A model generated the notes under the pieces. That model was not told the DNA's origin and did no database searches. It was given only the letters and a program-made list of their open reading frames with translations. This document shows, in pieces, positions 9,428 to 20,099 of a stretch of DNA of 64,000 nucleotides. The position numbers were made by a program, and so were the translations under genes. Source of the DNA: a bacterium (GTDB lineage: Bacteria; UBP6; UBA1177). The first letter of the stretch is position 1. Each line of letters opens with the position of its first letter. Where the stretch lies: positions 21,513-85,512 of the forward strand of contig JAGCUA010000030.1 of the NCBI GenBank assembly GCA_017963125.1. The letters are read 5' to 3'.

Positions 9428-10012
9428 TTAGAAGTTAAAGAAAGTTTTAACGACATTTCTGGAATCGAGCATCTTTACGATCGATTTGTAGTTGTTCCAG
9501 AAATAAATCTTTTCAGCGTAATCGGTAACCGATTTTTCGTTAAGAGTTATCGTGTCGATAACTTTGACAACAACTCTGAAACCGGTCTTCTCGTAGATGT
9601 AGTCGCCAAGATCTTTTACCGGGAAGGAGTGAGCAAGCACTGTAAGAACGACGCTGCTTCTGAGGTATGAAACAAATCCTGCAAGTGTTTTCGGAGCGAA
9701 TTCCTCGATGAAAGCCGAAGCGCACTTCATGATTTTGTTGATAGTCTTTTCTTCTTCCTTGAAAAGAGTGGTGATAGGTTCGTAAAGGAAATGTTTGTCG
9801 TTGAGATTGTAATGATAAGCATTGCCTACCTGTTCTCTCAGAACAAGCCCCGTTTCTATAAGGAAATCGAGAGCTTTTTTGTTCGAGTTCGGGTTTGTGC
9901 TGCTAAGAACAGCGATTTTTCTTCCTGTGTAATTCTGTCTATTGACGAGAATTCTGATAATGTCTACTTTCGCTCTTGAACCGAGCAGGTAAGAAAGCGG
10001 TAAATAAGTCAT
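9428..10012 (-). CDS. Winged-helix DNA-binding protein with degenerate C-terminal domain
   Basis: LLGSRAKVDIIR...TGRKIA...LIETGLV.REQVGNAYHY.LN..H resembles the wHTH of HTH-nucleotidyltransferase proteins; GGAGG RBS. Confidence 0.6.
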   Translation of the reverse strand: MTYLPLSYLLGSRAKVDIIRILVNRQNYTGRKIAVLSSTNPNSNKKALDFLIETGLVLREQVGNAYHYNLNDKHFLYEPITTLFKEEEKTINKIMKCASAFIEEFAPKTLAGFVSYLRSSVVLTVLAHSFPVKDLGDYIYEKTGFRVVVKVIDTITLNEKSVTDYAEKIYFWNNYKSIVKMLDSRNVVKTFFNF

Positions 10013-10207
10013 AATGACCTCCTGTTAAAAAAATGACTCTTAAGTTAAAGAACCTTTAAAAACACAAAATTGTAGAGGCACAAATTTCAAAGTCAACAAA
10101 AAAAATAAACAAAAAACCGCGATTTTCAAAAATAAATAAAACAAAAAATTTTTTCAGACAAAAAAATGTATAAAAAAGCATTACACTGACAAACAGGAAT
10201 GGAAATT

Positions 10208-11248
10208 TCAGAGGATCAGCATCGAATCGCCGTATGAATAGAAACGGTATCTGTTTGCAACAGCCTCTTTATATGCATTCATAACAAATTCCCGTCCGGC
10301 GAATGCAGATATCATCATAAGAAGAGTGCTGCACGGAAGGTGAAAGTTCGTAAGTATGCGGTCGGTGAAGCGGAATTCGTATCCCGGATAAATAAAGATC
10401 CCTGTCTCTTTGTCGCAAGGTTCGATGATATTTTTTGCAACCGCCGCGCTTTCAAGAGCCCTGACAGTCGTAGTACCGACGGCAAGGATCTTTCTTCCTG
10501 CCGCTTTGTCGGCATTGAGCCGTGCCGCAGTCGCTTCATCGATCACAAAATGTTCCTTGTGCATAGTGTGTTCCTCGACTTTTTCGCTTTTTACAGGAAG
10601 AAACGTTCCCAAACCGACATCAAGAACGACATTTTCAACGTGCCCGCCGGTGATTTCACGGATTTTTCCGATTATCTCTTTACTGAAATGAAGCCCGGCA
10701 GTGGGAGCCGCGACAGAACCCGCAGTTTCGGCATAAACCGTCTGATACTTCTCTTTGTCGTCAGGTCTGCTGTGCTTTTCGTTGCGTCTTTTCAAAATAT
10801 ACGGCGGAAGCGGGATGTCACCGAATTTGTCGAGGTACGCAAGAAGTTTGTCTGCATCAAGCGAAAATCTGACTTCCGCAAACTGCTCGCTTCTCGATAC
10901 AAGTTCCGCAGTAAGCCCGTTTTCGAAATAGACGACTTCGCCTTTGTCAATGTGTTTCGAACACTTGACCATGACCTGCCAGAGTCCGTTCTGAAGCGCT
11001 TTGAGCAGCAGGAATTCGACTCTTCCGCCGCTTGCCCTCTGCCCGAAAATACGCGCCGGAATGACTTTGGTAGAGTTAAAGACAACAGTCGTCATATCGT
11101 CGATATAATCAGTTATCAAGCTGAAATCAGAGTGCGTTACAGAATTTCTGCTTCTGTCAAGAACCATCATTTTTCCGGTTCCTCGCGCCGCAGGATCGTC
11201 CGCGATCAGCTCTTCGGGAAGTTCGTAGTTGAAAATTTCAGTATCCAT
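10208..11248 (-). CDS. queA: S-adenosylmethionine:tRNA ribosyltransferase-isomerase
   Basis: FNYELPEELIA, PLPPYI, YQTVYA..GSVAAPTAGLHF, TNFHLP, YRFYSYGD. Confidence 0.95.
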   Translation of the reverse strand: MDTEIFNYELPEELIADDPAARGTGKMMVLDRSRNSVTHSDFSLITDYIDDMTTVVFNSTKVIPARIFGQRASGGRVEFLLLKALQNGLWQVMVKCSKHIDKGEVVYFENGLTAELVSRSEQFAEVRFSLDADKLLAYLDKFGDIPLPPYILKRRNEKHSRPDDKEKYQTVYAETAGSVAAPTAGLHFSKEIIGKIREITGGHVENVVLDVGLGTFLPVKSEKVEEHTMHKEHFVIDEATAARLNADKAAGRKILAVGTTTVRALESAAVAKNIIEPCDKETGIFIYPGYEFRFTDRILTNFHLPCSTLLMMISAFAGREFVMNAYKEAVANRYRFYSYGDSMLIL

Positions 11249-11267
11249 TTTTCCGCCTTAAATAAAG

Positions 11268-12626
11268 TTATTGAACATCGATTTTTGTTTCGTACCGGCT
11301 CAGTTCCGCATCGCTTTCACCCTCTCCGGCATAAAAAATGCGGATGCCGCAGCCGAGAGCGGCAAGTGTTTTCAGAGCCTTTTTCCTGTTTTCATCATAT
11401 TTTGGAGTAAAAAAGAAAACCGTTGAAGCGCTCCGGCCTGCTTCGAACAAGGTTTCGAGGCAGTTTTCGAACTTGTTTCCCGCATAGTTCTCAGCAAGCG
11501 CCAGTTTTGCAAGAGCGTTGGAAAAACTTTTTTTCGAGCTGTCGGGAATTTCGAGACTCTCTCTCCCGACGAAAAGGATCTGCGGCAGATTTTCATCTCT
11601 CTGAAGCGCGTTTAAAAGTGAAGCCGCAGCCGAAAGAATTTTTTCAAAATCTTCGTTGTAATGCTCTTCAAAAAAGTTGTCGATGAAAATCAAAGAACCC
11701 GAATCAACCTCTTTGTAAAACTCTTTCGTCCTCAGCTGACCGCTTTTCGCGCTCGATTTCCAGTGGATGTTCCTGATCGAATCACCCGGGACGAAATCCC
11801 GCAGCGACCGAAGTTCGAAACCGCTTCCCTGCTCCTGGATTTCCCGTGTCTTCTCGTTTTTTTCATTAGCCGCTGCCCCTTCGTTTTCGGGAATTTCAAA
11901 TGACTCCTTTATTTCCGGAAGGACAAGGAAACTTCCCGGATTTGTGATGATTTTTCCTTTTTTCAGAAGACCGAAAATCCCTTTGTGAAAAATGTATGCG
12001 CCCCCGAAAGCGATTTTTCCGCGTCTTTCGGGCTGAAAAGATGCATCGAAAAGGATCCCGCCGCCGGTCTTTCTGCCGGATACTGCAAACTCCCCGTATT
12101 TTCCGCCGCAGTTTTTGGAAACAAGCCACTTCCAGCGGTAGTACCCCATCCTTTTGTCGAACGCGTTGCGTTTTTCTTCGCCCGGCTCTTTCGTCGAATT
12201 GAAAACTTCAAAATCAGGCATCGGGGAAGCCGGAACTTCACTGTAAAAAAGATTTTCAAGACTCTCCTTCCCGCTTTCCGCCCGCAGAATCACAGGATAT
12301 TTAACTTCCTTTCCCTTTGAGGCACACTCCGGCAGGAACCTTTCGAACTCAAAACCGAAAGACTTGAACATTAAAGAGACCGCATCTGTCAGAAGAAGGG
12401 CTATAGATGCCGCAAAAACTACGAAAAGCATGCTGATACGGGTGTTAAGACCGAAAAAAACGAGGGCAAACGCGCACAGAACAAGAACCTGACCAGACAT
12501 TGTAAACTTTCTTTCGATCCTTTCATTCAGCCTGTAAAACGCCGAATACCATTTGTAGTGCCGTCTTTTCACGATCCGCCCAATCACAAAAAACTGCCGA
12601 TTATAACTATTCATCCGAAAAATCAC
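11268..12626 (-). CDS. DUF58 family membrane protein (start uncertain)
   Basis: Two N-terminal TM helices; LRDFVPGDSIRNIHWKSSAK..L.TKEF DUF58 motif. Confidence 0.8.
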   Translation of the reverse strand: MIFRMNSYNRQFFVIGRIVKRRHYKWYSAFYRLNERIERKFTMSGQVLVLCAFALVFFGLNTRISMLFVVFAASIALLLTDAVSLMFKSFGFEFERFLPECASKGKEVKYPVILRAESGKESLENLFYSEVPASPMPDFEVFNSTKEPGEEKRNAFDKRMGYYRWKWLVSKNCGGKYGEFAVSGRKTGGGILFDASFQPERRGKIAFGGAYIFHKGIFGLLKKGKIITNPGSFLVLPEIKESFEIPENEGAAANEKNEKTREIQEQGSGFELRSLRDFVPGDSIRNIHWKSSAKSGQLRTKEFYKEVDSGSLIFIDNFFEEHYNEDFEKILSAAASLLNALQRDENLPQILFVGRESLEIPDSSKKSFSNALAKLALAENYAGNKFENCLETLFEAGRSASTVFFFTPKYDENRKKALKTLAALGCGIRIFYAGEGESDAELSRYETKIDVQ

Positions 12627-12711
12627 AGATAAATCAGAACAGTCTCCACGAATTTACTTTTTTTTTCATCCCAGTTGCTGTAAATACTGCTGGTTTTAGA
12701 TTTGGTGAGCC

Positions 12712-14610
12712 ATGCCGGACAAAACAAAAATTTCAGCTTTTTTAAAAAAATTCCTTCCCCGTTTCGACCTTTTTCAGGTGCTTTCCGTCATATTTTTCAC
12801 GGTTCTCAACATTATTTTTCTCGTTATCGCGTCGCAGAAGAACGGCTTTTCGATAACCGACGCCGATATTTTGTTCCATTTCGCGGTAAAACTTCTGTTC
12901 GACGCGGCGTTTTTCCTGTTTTCCGTGCTTATGCTCAAAGCTGTGTTCAGAATCGCATTCGTTCCGGCACTCTACGTCGCGGCTAACGCAACTTTAGCCG
13001 TCGCAGACATTCTGCTTTACTACTTCGGCAACACTCTCGTCGAGCGCAGCCACTTCGCTCTGATAACACCATACAGCGTAACTTCCTTCGTTCCGTGGTA
13101 CGGATTCGCCGCTATTTTTGCATTTGTTTCGGCCGTTTTCGCAGTCTCATTTTTCTGCATAAGAAAGATCCCGAAAGAGGATCTTTTCAAAAAATCGCTT
13201 TTCTGGCTCACAATTTGTATATCGTTGAATTTATTAAACATATCGGTATCCTCGCTTTTCGACAGGGATGAGCGGTTCGACCGGGTCATAACAGGTTTCA
13301 GAAACGCTCAGATATACTACGTCACGCAGAATCAGTGGATCGACTTTACAACAGACGTAATTTTCCCGGCTTTGGGAGAGACATTCAAAGTACTTAGCCC
13401 TGTCACCGAAAAATTCGTCGGAGACTACCGCCTTTTTTCTGATGACTTCACCGTCACGAACGACTTTTCGCCATACAGAGAGACAATAAAAAATCTTGAT
13501 CTGAACCTCGGAAAAAATGATGAAAAAACCTTTGCCGCAGGTGAATACTCAAGGATCATCTATATTTTTGCAGAATCGCTTTCGCTCGAGGCGTTACCTT
13601 GTCACAACAGCAGGATCGAAGGTGATTTTGCGAACCGCTTTTTCTGCCGCAGCGACATCAAGGCCCGAACATTCACAAATCTGACGACGAGCGGCTCACC
13701 TACTCTGCAGGGACTCACGGTAACTTTCGATTCGCACCCGAACTACAACATTCAGGAGCCGACCGGACACATGAATTCTCTTCCGAAAATCCTTAAAAAG
13801 CATGGCTATAAGCCTGTTTTCATAAGAAGTGCTTCAAAATTCTTCGCCAACGAAAACCTTGTTTTTCAGAATATGGGATTTTCCGAAATCATCGGACGGG
13901 AAGACTTTTTTGCCGATGAAAATCTGAAGAAATATATCTACGGCTGGGGACTCGAAGACAGGATTCTTTACGAACAAGTTGCAGAATATCTTAAGAAAAA
14001 CCGTAACGAGAAACTTTTCGTATCGATCCTGGGAACCGATACGCACCCGCCGGCAGGACAGATGAAATATCTTCATCTCAGCTATCCGCAGCCGCCTAAA
14101 ATCGGGAATATCAGAGACCGGGCGGCGAAGCTCTGGCTCACCTCCGTCGACAGGATGGATCTCGACATCGCAGCATTCATCGACACACTCGACAAAGACG
14201 GGCTTTTCGATGATTCGACGCTAATCGTGATTTCGGCCGATCATTCGTGCCCGCTCAACAATGTCACGGCAAAAATCCCGGGGCACCCGAGGAACAATCT
14301 CGCTAAGATGCCGCTCATTTTTCTGACGAAGCAGCCGCTTCCCGAAACCGATTTCACGACTCTGGCGAATCAGACCGACATCGCTCCGACGATACTGCAC
14401 ATTTTGGGCTTTGAAAAACCGGCAGGATGGTGGGGACAAAGCCTTTTTGCAGAGGAAAGAAAGGAAAAAGCGATAGGTTTCGACAAAAAATTCCTCTATT
14501 TATCAGACAAAGAATCAATGAAAACTATAAATACCGAAAAACCTGCCGATGCTTCGGAACAAGCTGTGATCGATCTGTTCAACACAGTATTTACTGAAAG
14601 AAGACCTTAG
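12712..14610 (+). CDS. LTA synthase/sulfatase-family membrane phosphotransferase
   Basis: About five N-terminal TM helices; IFAESL, THPP, ISADH, QTDIAPTIL alkaline-phosphatase superfamily motifs. Confidence 0.8.
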   Translation: MPDKTKISAFLKKFLPRFDLFQVLSVIFFTVLNIIFLVIASQKNGFSITDADILFHFAVKLLFDAAFFLFSVLMLKAVFRIAFVPALYVAANATLAVADILLYYFGNTLVERSHFALITPYSVTSFVPWYGFAAIFAFVSAVFAVSFFCIRKIPKEDLFKKSLFWLTICISLNLLNISVSSLFDRDERFDRVITGFRNAQIYYVTQNQWIDFTTDVIFPALGETFKVLSPVTEKFVGDYRLFSDDFTVTNDFSPYRETIKNLDLNLGKNDEKTFAAGEYSRIIYIFAESLSLEALPCHNSRIEGDFANRFFCRSDIKARTFTNLTTSGSPTLQGLTVTFDSHPNYNIQEPTGHMNSLPKILKKHGYKPVFIRSASKFFANENLVFQNMGFSEIIGREDFFADENLKKYIYGWGLEDRILYEQVAEYLKKNRNEKLFVSILGTDTHPPAGQMKYLHLSYPQPPKIGNIRDRAAKLWLTSVDRMDLDIAAFIDTLDKDGLFDDSTLIVISADHSCPLNNVTAKIPGHPRNNLAKMPLIFLTKQPLPETDFTTLANQTDIAPTILHILGFEKPAGWWGQSLFAEERKEKAIGFDKKFLYLSDKESMKTINTEKPADASEQAVIDLFNTVFTERRP

Positions 14611-16481
14611 TCTATAAAAAGAACACCGTCTTCGCACCAGGTGTAGACGATGTTGAGGACATCAACTTTCTTGAATTTTTTCTTGAGTTCGGCGAATGTA
14701 GCTTTGCCTTTAGAGCGGATATAATCGAACACTGCGAATTCTTCATTCGCAATGACTCTTGTGAAAACAGCACCGTCAATGCGGTAGACAACGCCGAAAA
14801 GCTCCTCTTTGTCAACATCGGCGGCATACTTCTTCAGGTCAACGTATCCCGTATCGATCAGATCTTCGATATCGTATGAAAACTTATCGAAAAATGCTGA
14901 ATCGTTGATGCCGAAAACCGTTGAATCGCAGATGGAATCAAGCTGATACGGCATCGTTACCCGGTCTTCACTTTCTACCATGAGCGAAGTCGTGAAGAAG
15001 TGGTTGTGCTTAAGCAGATCGGATGCGACAGGCCAGAGCTTTTTCTTCTGGAAACGGTCAAAAATGTAAGAGAAAAATTCGTGAATATAACCAAAAAGAC
15101 GCGAATATTCAATCGAATCTATGTCTTCGGCAACCATATCCGGAGCCTGTTTTTTGATCCACTTGTTCCAGCGCATGATGATTTCGTGGCAAGGCATTTC
15201 GAGCCCTTTCGCAAGCATCGTGATTATCGAAACCATCCTTCCTTTGTTGTAAAGCATCTCGATTCCGTTTGAAAGTTCTTCCGCCTTTTCCATATCTTTT
15301 TTGGAGAACTGCGCACTTTCAACGGCAGTGTACGGATAGGAACTTTCAACTATGTAGCCGAATTCCCTCATTCTGTTGTAAATTTTCGTACCGGGATACA
15401 TCGAAAGACGGAGAACATTTATCGATATCGGCCAGAGGTTGAAAACCACTTCGAGATCATTAAGAAAATCTTCGTAAGACATCCTCGGGAGGCCTGCGAT
15501 CACATCGATCCCGAACATAAGCGACGGATAATTCGCCATATACCTGATGTTTGCAAGCGCTTTTTCGACATTGAACGAAGTGAGAAGATTTTCGTGAACT
15601 TTCTGATTTGCGGTCTGAAGTCCGATATTCAGGAAAACATTCATGTCCGCGAGAGTTTCGATGTCGCTTTTCGAAAGGAGGTCCGCTCTGACCTGAATTT
15701 CAAACAGCGCGTTCGGCAGATACTCGCTTATCATGGAGAGTATCTTGCTGAAGTGCTGATGACTCAGGTTTGCGACAGGACAGCCGATCGTGAGCTGACT
15801 AACTCCTTTTTCGGCAAAAAATTTCAGTTCTTTTTCAAGGTATCCGAAACTATGGTAGCGCAAATTGCCGGTGTGCGAAAAATCGACGCAGAAATCGCAT
15901 TTGAAAAGGCATCCGCGGGCTATTTCCCAATAAACGGTTGTTTTTTCACTTACCGGTATCATTCCGTTGAGATAAGGCGACGGAATGGTATCCAGATCAG
16001 CAAGGACATGGCTGTCACCGTAGACGAAAGAGTGGGTCTTCTTATCCTTGAAAACTACACCCGCAGCCTTTCCGATGTTTTCCCCGTTCCGTTTAAGCAT
16101 TGCCATTTCGTAAAGCGAAAGTTCAGGTTCATCCTGAATGATGAAGTCAAAATCGACCTCCTTTTTAAAGTATTCCTCAGGATTTGCGAAGGTGTCGTAG
16201 CCCCAGAGCCCTTTGAGGAACTTCATGCTGCGGCACGATTTTGACAGTTTCAGGATATACCACGCATTCCAGTAAAGCACTCTGAAAACGACGATGTCCG
16301 CCTGCTGGTTTTCTATGATTCCGGCGGAAGTCGACATATCGTCAGTCATGTAGACATTTACTATTTCGACGCTTACTTCGTTCCACGATCTCGCTTCAAC
16401 AAAGGTCTTTGCGGTAAAAACATGGTATTCCGTGTTTTTGACTACTCTTGACTTATTGACATTGACGATGGCTATCTTCAT
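14607..16481 (-). CDS. B12-binding-domain radical SAM protein
   Basis: EIARGCLFKCDFC, IGLQT, DVIAGLP, LSMYPGT motifs. Confidence 0.8.
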   Translation of the reverse strand: MKIAIVNVNKSRVVKNTEYHVFTAKTFVEARSWNEVSVEIVNVYMTDDMSTSAGIIENQQADIVVFRVLYWNAWYILKLSKSCRSMKFLKGLWGYDTFANPEEYFKKEVDFDFIIQDEPELSLYEMAMLKRNGENIGKAAGVVFKDKKTHSFVYGDSHVLADLDTIPSPYLNGMIPVSEKTTVYWEIARGCLFKCDFCVDFSHTGNLRYHSFGYLEKELKFFAEKGVSQLTIGCPVANLSHQHFSKILSMISEYLPNALFEIQVRADLLSKSDIETLADMNVFLNIGLQTANQKVHENLLTSFNVEKALANIRYMANYPSLMFGIDVIAGLPRMSYEDFLNDLEVVFNLWPISINVLRLSMYPGTKIYNRMREFGYIVESSYPYTAVESAQFSKKDMEKAEELSNGIEMLYNKGRMVSIITMLAKGLEMPCHEIIMRWNKWIKKQAPDMVAEDIDSIEYSRLFGYIHEFFSYIFDRFQKKKLWPVASDLLKHNHFFTTSLMVESEDRVTMPYQLDSICDSTVFGINDSAFFDKFSYDIEDLIDTGYVDLKKYAADVDKEELFGVVYRIDGAVFTRVIANEEFAVFDYIRSKGKATFAELKKKFKKVDVLNIVYTWCEDGVLFID

Positions 16482-16529
16482 TTGAAAACCTCAAATGTGA
16501 AAGAATGAACGGATACGGGGAAGAGAGAA

Positions 16530-18449
16530 TTAGTTTACAGAGCTGAGATAGCTGGATATTGCCTTGAATTCCTTCATAGCTGCTGCGTATTCGACTTTAT
16601 CGCCTTCAGCTTTGAGAACTTCTTCAAGAATAGGAACAAAGCCTTTGTCTTCCGTCTTGAGAAGAGCGATCGACATAGCTTCGCGGACATAAGGCTCAGC
16701 GTGCTTCATAACAGGTTTAAGCTGTTCTTTGTAGTCGCCGAGTTTGCCGGAGTAACCGAGCATGTAAACAGCTTTTTCGACAACTGCCGGATTTTTGTCT
16801 GCAAGTTTTGCAACGTAGCATGCGTTGTCAGCTTTGCACTCTTTCGCAACATTCGCTCTGTCAACGAATCTCTTGAACATTTCGACAGTCTTGTTGGTCG
16901 AATCGTAGTTTACATCAAGTCTCGATTCCGTCTTGACTTTCTTGTCCATATCGTCTTTCGAAATTTCCTGACCTACAGGAAGTTCCTTTTTAACTTTTTC
17001 AGCCGATTTCTTTTCGACGTTTGCAACATATTTTTCGCCTTCTTCAATGATTCCCTTTGCGATTCCGATGAATCTGTCAGCCATTTCGGGATCGGAAACC
17101 ATTCTTGTAAGAGCGTCAGCAGCCCAAACGGTAGCTTCGTAGAAAATGATCTTTTCGTTCATTTCGTTGTATTCGGAGACCGGTTTCTGCTTGACGACTT
17201 CTTCAAGGTAAGGAAGAGCTTTCGGGTCGCCGAGGATTGCAAGAGCTTCAGCACCTTTCATCATGATCGAAATTTCCTGGCCTCTGTCTGCAAGCTTAGC
17301 CTGAGCTTTTTCCTCTTTGGAAAGCTGACCTTTGGATTTTTTGTCGTTGGTTGCGTCTTTCGTGAACTTCTTGCTGACCATTTTGAGAAGTGTGTCGGTA
17401 GCTCTGAAGTCACCGAATTTTGCAAGCTGAACTGCAAGGTGCTCAGCAAGGAAAGGCTGTTTCTTGTCAGTTGCGAGCTGAGTTTCGAGCTCTTTGATAA
17501 CCATGTCGACTGCCTGTTTCGAACGGATGTCGGCAAGAACGATCGAAGTTTTGAGTTTGGTCGTCGTTTCGATCGAAGCGATAGTTGCCATATATTCGTC
17601 GTCTTTCGGGCATTCGCCTTTCTTTTTAGCTTCTTCGTTGCCGATGTATTCGGGACAGAACTGTTTTGTAGCTCTTTCTTTGTTGTCGTTCTGGATCTCG
17701 TTTACTTTCGGGTTTTCGCCGTTGTAAGCCTTAATAAGCTCTTCTTCAGCCATTTTGCCGAGTTTGATGAGCGATTTTCTTGCTTCCGGGAAAAGGCTGA
17801 AACCCTGCTCTTCGTAGAAAAGAGCGGTTACGAGCGGACGGACCGTTGAAGGATCACGCCATTCGCCGAGAAGACCTGCCGTGGTGTATTTTGTACCGAA
17901 ATCTTCGATTTTCGAATCGAAAACCTTAAGGATTTCAGGAACAAGGTGCTTACTTTCATTAGGCATCTTTGCAAGAGCTTCGATTGCCGCACGCTTTGCA
18001 ACAGATTCTGCTTTTTCACGCATACCTGGTGCCATAACTTCAGGAGTCTGGATCGTGAAATACTTTGCAAGTGTCGGAACTGCCGACGGCTGTTCAAGAA
18101 GACCGAAAGCCATTGCTGCGCTTTCAAGTGTTTTAAGGTTTCTTACGTTTGTCGTTGCGAGACATTTGTCAACGATTTCGCTGATTCTGTCTACCGACTG
18201 AGTGCAGCCGATTTCGCCTGCGGTAAGAACTGCGAGACCTGCTTCGGGAGTCTGGTCGAGCTTGAGGAGCTTCGAGCAGGCTTTGTCCATATTGACGATC
18301 TCACCTTTCATCTTTTTAAGACCCTGGATTGCGTAGTTTCTCGTGTCTTTCGAGTAAAGTTTTCCAAGGTACTCGTCTTCCGGATTACATGAAACAAGCA
18401 TCATTGCAACCGGAATCAAAACCAAAAGCATCAAACTTTTCAATTTCAT
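16530..18449 (-). CDS. HEAT-repeat lipoprotein
   Basis: LVSC lipobox; repeats such as AEALAILGDPKALPYL and AAIEALAKM; strong host codon bias. Confidence 0.75.
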   Translation of the reverse strand: MKLKSLMLLVLIPVAMMLVSCNPEDEYLGKLYSKDTRNYAIQGLKKMKGEIVNMDKACSKLLKLDQTPEAGLAVLTAGEIGCTQSVDRISEIVDKCLATTNVRNLKTLESAAMAFGLLEQPSAVPTLAKYFTIQTPEVMAPGMREKAESVAKRAAIEALAKMPNESKHLVPEILKVFDSKIEDFGTKYTTAGLLGEWRDPSTVRPLVTALFYEEQGFSLFPEARKSLIKLGKMAEEELIKAYNGENPKVNEIQNDNKERATKQFCPEYIGNEEAKKKGECPKDDEYMATIASIETTTKLKTSIVLADIRSKQAVDMVIKELETQLATDKKQPFLAEHLAVQLAKFGDFRATDTLLKMVSKKFTKDATNDKKSKGQLSKEEKAQAKLADRGQEISIMMKGAEALAILGDPKALPYLEEVVKQKPVSEYNEMNEKIIFYEATVWAADALTRMVSDPEMADRFIGIAKGIIEEGEKYVANVEKKSAEKVKKELPVGQEISKDDMDKKVKTESRLDVNYDSTNKTVEMFKRFVDRANVAKECKADNACYVAKLADKNPAVVEKAVYMLGYSGKLGDYKEQLKPVMKHAEPYVREAMSIALLKTEDKGFVPILEEVLKAEGDKVEYAAAMKEFKAISSYLSSVN

Positions 18450-18543
18450 AACAACCTCTTAAAAAATAATGGATTTAAAGCAACAAAAAACTCATCGGGG
18501 CGCACATTAGCAAAAAAAAAGTAAAATATCAAAAAATTTTGCC

Positions 18544-19830
18544 TTATTTTCCAAAGAAATACTCAATCGCCTTTGTCATATAGTAATGATCGGCCGTTCC
18601 GGCGGTCTCGCGGATCGAGTGCATAGCCCACATCGCGTTGCCGACATCGACTGCTTTTATGCCGAGAGCAGCTGATGACATCGGACCGATCGTGCTGCCT
18701 GACGGGACATCTGAGCGGTTCGCAATTTTCTGGCACGGAACTTTTGCTCCTGCGCAGAGCTGTTCGAAATACGAACTTGTTTCAGCGGTCGTCGCATATC
18801 TGAAACTCGAGCTGAATTTGATGACCGGCCCTTTGTTCATTTTCGGAGCGTAAGCCGGATCGTGTTTTTCGGGGAAATTCGGATGCTGCGTGTGCGCACC
18901 GTCGGCACTGATAAGGAAACTCTTCGAAAAAGCGACGAATCTGTCGTCACGGCCTTCGGAAGTGAGAGCCACGATTCTTTCGAGGATCGTTCTGGTGAAG
19001 GATGAATCTGCCCCCATCGGAGTTCTCGAACCGATTTCTTCATTGTCGTAGAAAGCAGCTATTGTCGTTGCCTTGCCCGGTTTTGCAGCAAGGAAAGCAG
19101 TGAGGATCGAGTGGCACATCTGAAGATTGTCGAGTCTGCCGGTCGAAATGAATTCGTCGTCGATTCCGCCGAAGCAGCCTTTCTGCAGGTCATAGACGAA
19201 CAGATCAGTCTGGCCGATATTCTCGGGTTTTTCGCCGAGTTCTTTCGCGACGAGCGTTTTGAGGACGTTTTTAGCCTCGCCGTCAGCAGTAAGAACAGCC
19301 TGAAGATGGTTCTGAGGGTTGAACTCGAAGCCTTTGTTCGCTTCTCTGTTCATGTGGATCGCAAGCGACGGAACGATCGCGACCGGTCTGTCTATGTTGA
19401 CGAGTTTTTCGACTTCGCCTTTTTTGGTTTTGACCATTACGCGGCCGGCAATTCCGAGATTTCTGTCAAGCCACGTGTAAACAAGCAGTCCGCCGTAGAT
19501 CTCGGTCGTTACTCTGACACATCCGGCAGAAACGTTTTCTGCGTTTTCCTTCAACTTAAGAAGCGGGCTGTCGGTGTGTGCGCCGGCAATTTTGAATCCT
19601 GTGTTGACCGGAGTGTCGGTCCCGAGCCTGAAAGCGATGAGAGAGGAACTGTTTCTTCTGACGAAATAACCTTTGCCTTTCTCGAGTTTCCACGGTTTTG
19701 CTTCGTCGAGTTCGGTGAAGCCGTTTTTCGTCAAAGTGTCGGCGATATTCTGCGCTGCATGGAAAGCTGTCGGAGATTTATCAATAAAATCGATAAGTTC
19801 TCTGCCAAGCTGTTTGATTTCCTTCTTCAT
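18544..19830 (-). CDS. apeB: M18 family aspartyl aminopeptidase
   Basis: SPTAFHA, GAHTDSP, TWLDR, RLDNL, DNEEIGS, GSTIGP, AMHSIRE. Confidence 0.9.
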   Translation of the reverse strand: MKKEIKQLGRELIDFIDKSPTAFHAAQNIADTLTKNGFTELDEAKPWKLEKGKGYFVRRNSSSLIAFRLGTDTPVNTGFKIAGAHTDSPLLKLKENAENVSAGCVRVTTEIYGGLLVYTWLDRNLGIAGRVMVKTKKGEVEKLVNIDRPVAIVPSLAIHMNREANKGFEFNPQNHLQAVLTADGEAKNVLKTLVAKELGEKPENIGQTDLFVYDLQKGCFGGIDDEFISTGRLDNLQMCHSILTAFLAAKPGKATTIAAFYDNEEIGSRTPMGADSSFTRTILERIVALTSEGRDDRFVAFSKSFLISADGAHTQHPNFPEKHDPAYAPKMNKGPVIKFSSSFRYATTAETSSYFEQLCAGAKVPCQKIANRSDVPSGSTIGPMSSAALGIKAVDVGNAMWAMHSIRETAGTADHYYMTKAIEYFFGK

Positions 19831-20021
19831 TTGCAAACTCCTTTTAATAGTTTTTACAATAACAAAAAATCAAAAACGCGGCATCTTAGCATAAAACACA
19901 AAAAAAGCAGAAAAAAATCCCGCAATTTTTTTTGTCTTTCAGTTTCGGTACAAGCAAAGTTGATTTTGCAGCGAAACCAGCACGGAATCAGCCGGAGAAA
20001 ACATTGTAATCGCTTTTAAAC

Positions 20022-20049
20022 TTGACATCGGAACTTTTCTGAATATATT
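20022..20049 (+). promoter_or_regulatory. sigma70-like promoter of rpsT-hutI
   Basis: TTGACA (20022-27), 16-bp spacer, TATATT (20044-49). Confidence 0.55.
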
Positions 20050-20099
20050 ACGGCGGTTTTTGGTTCCGTGAGACTTTAAGTTTATAAATGGAGGATAAT

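Noticed and set aside
16701-17849. Long antisense ORFs (also 8480-9670, 10340-11410, 19111-20019, 30876-31889, 45703-46746, 48531-49316)
   Set aside because: These are shadows of real genes on the opposite strand, arising from biased codon usage. They have no motifs or RBS.
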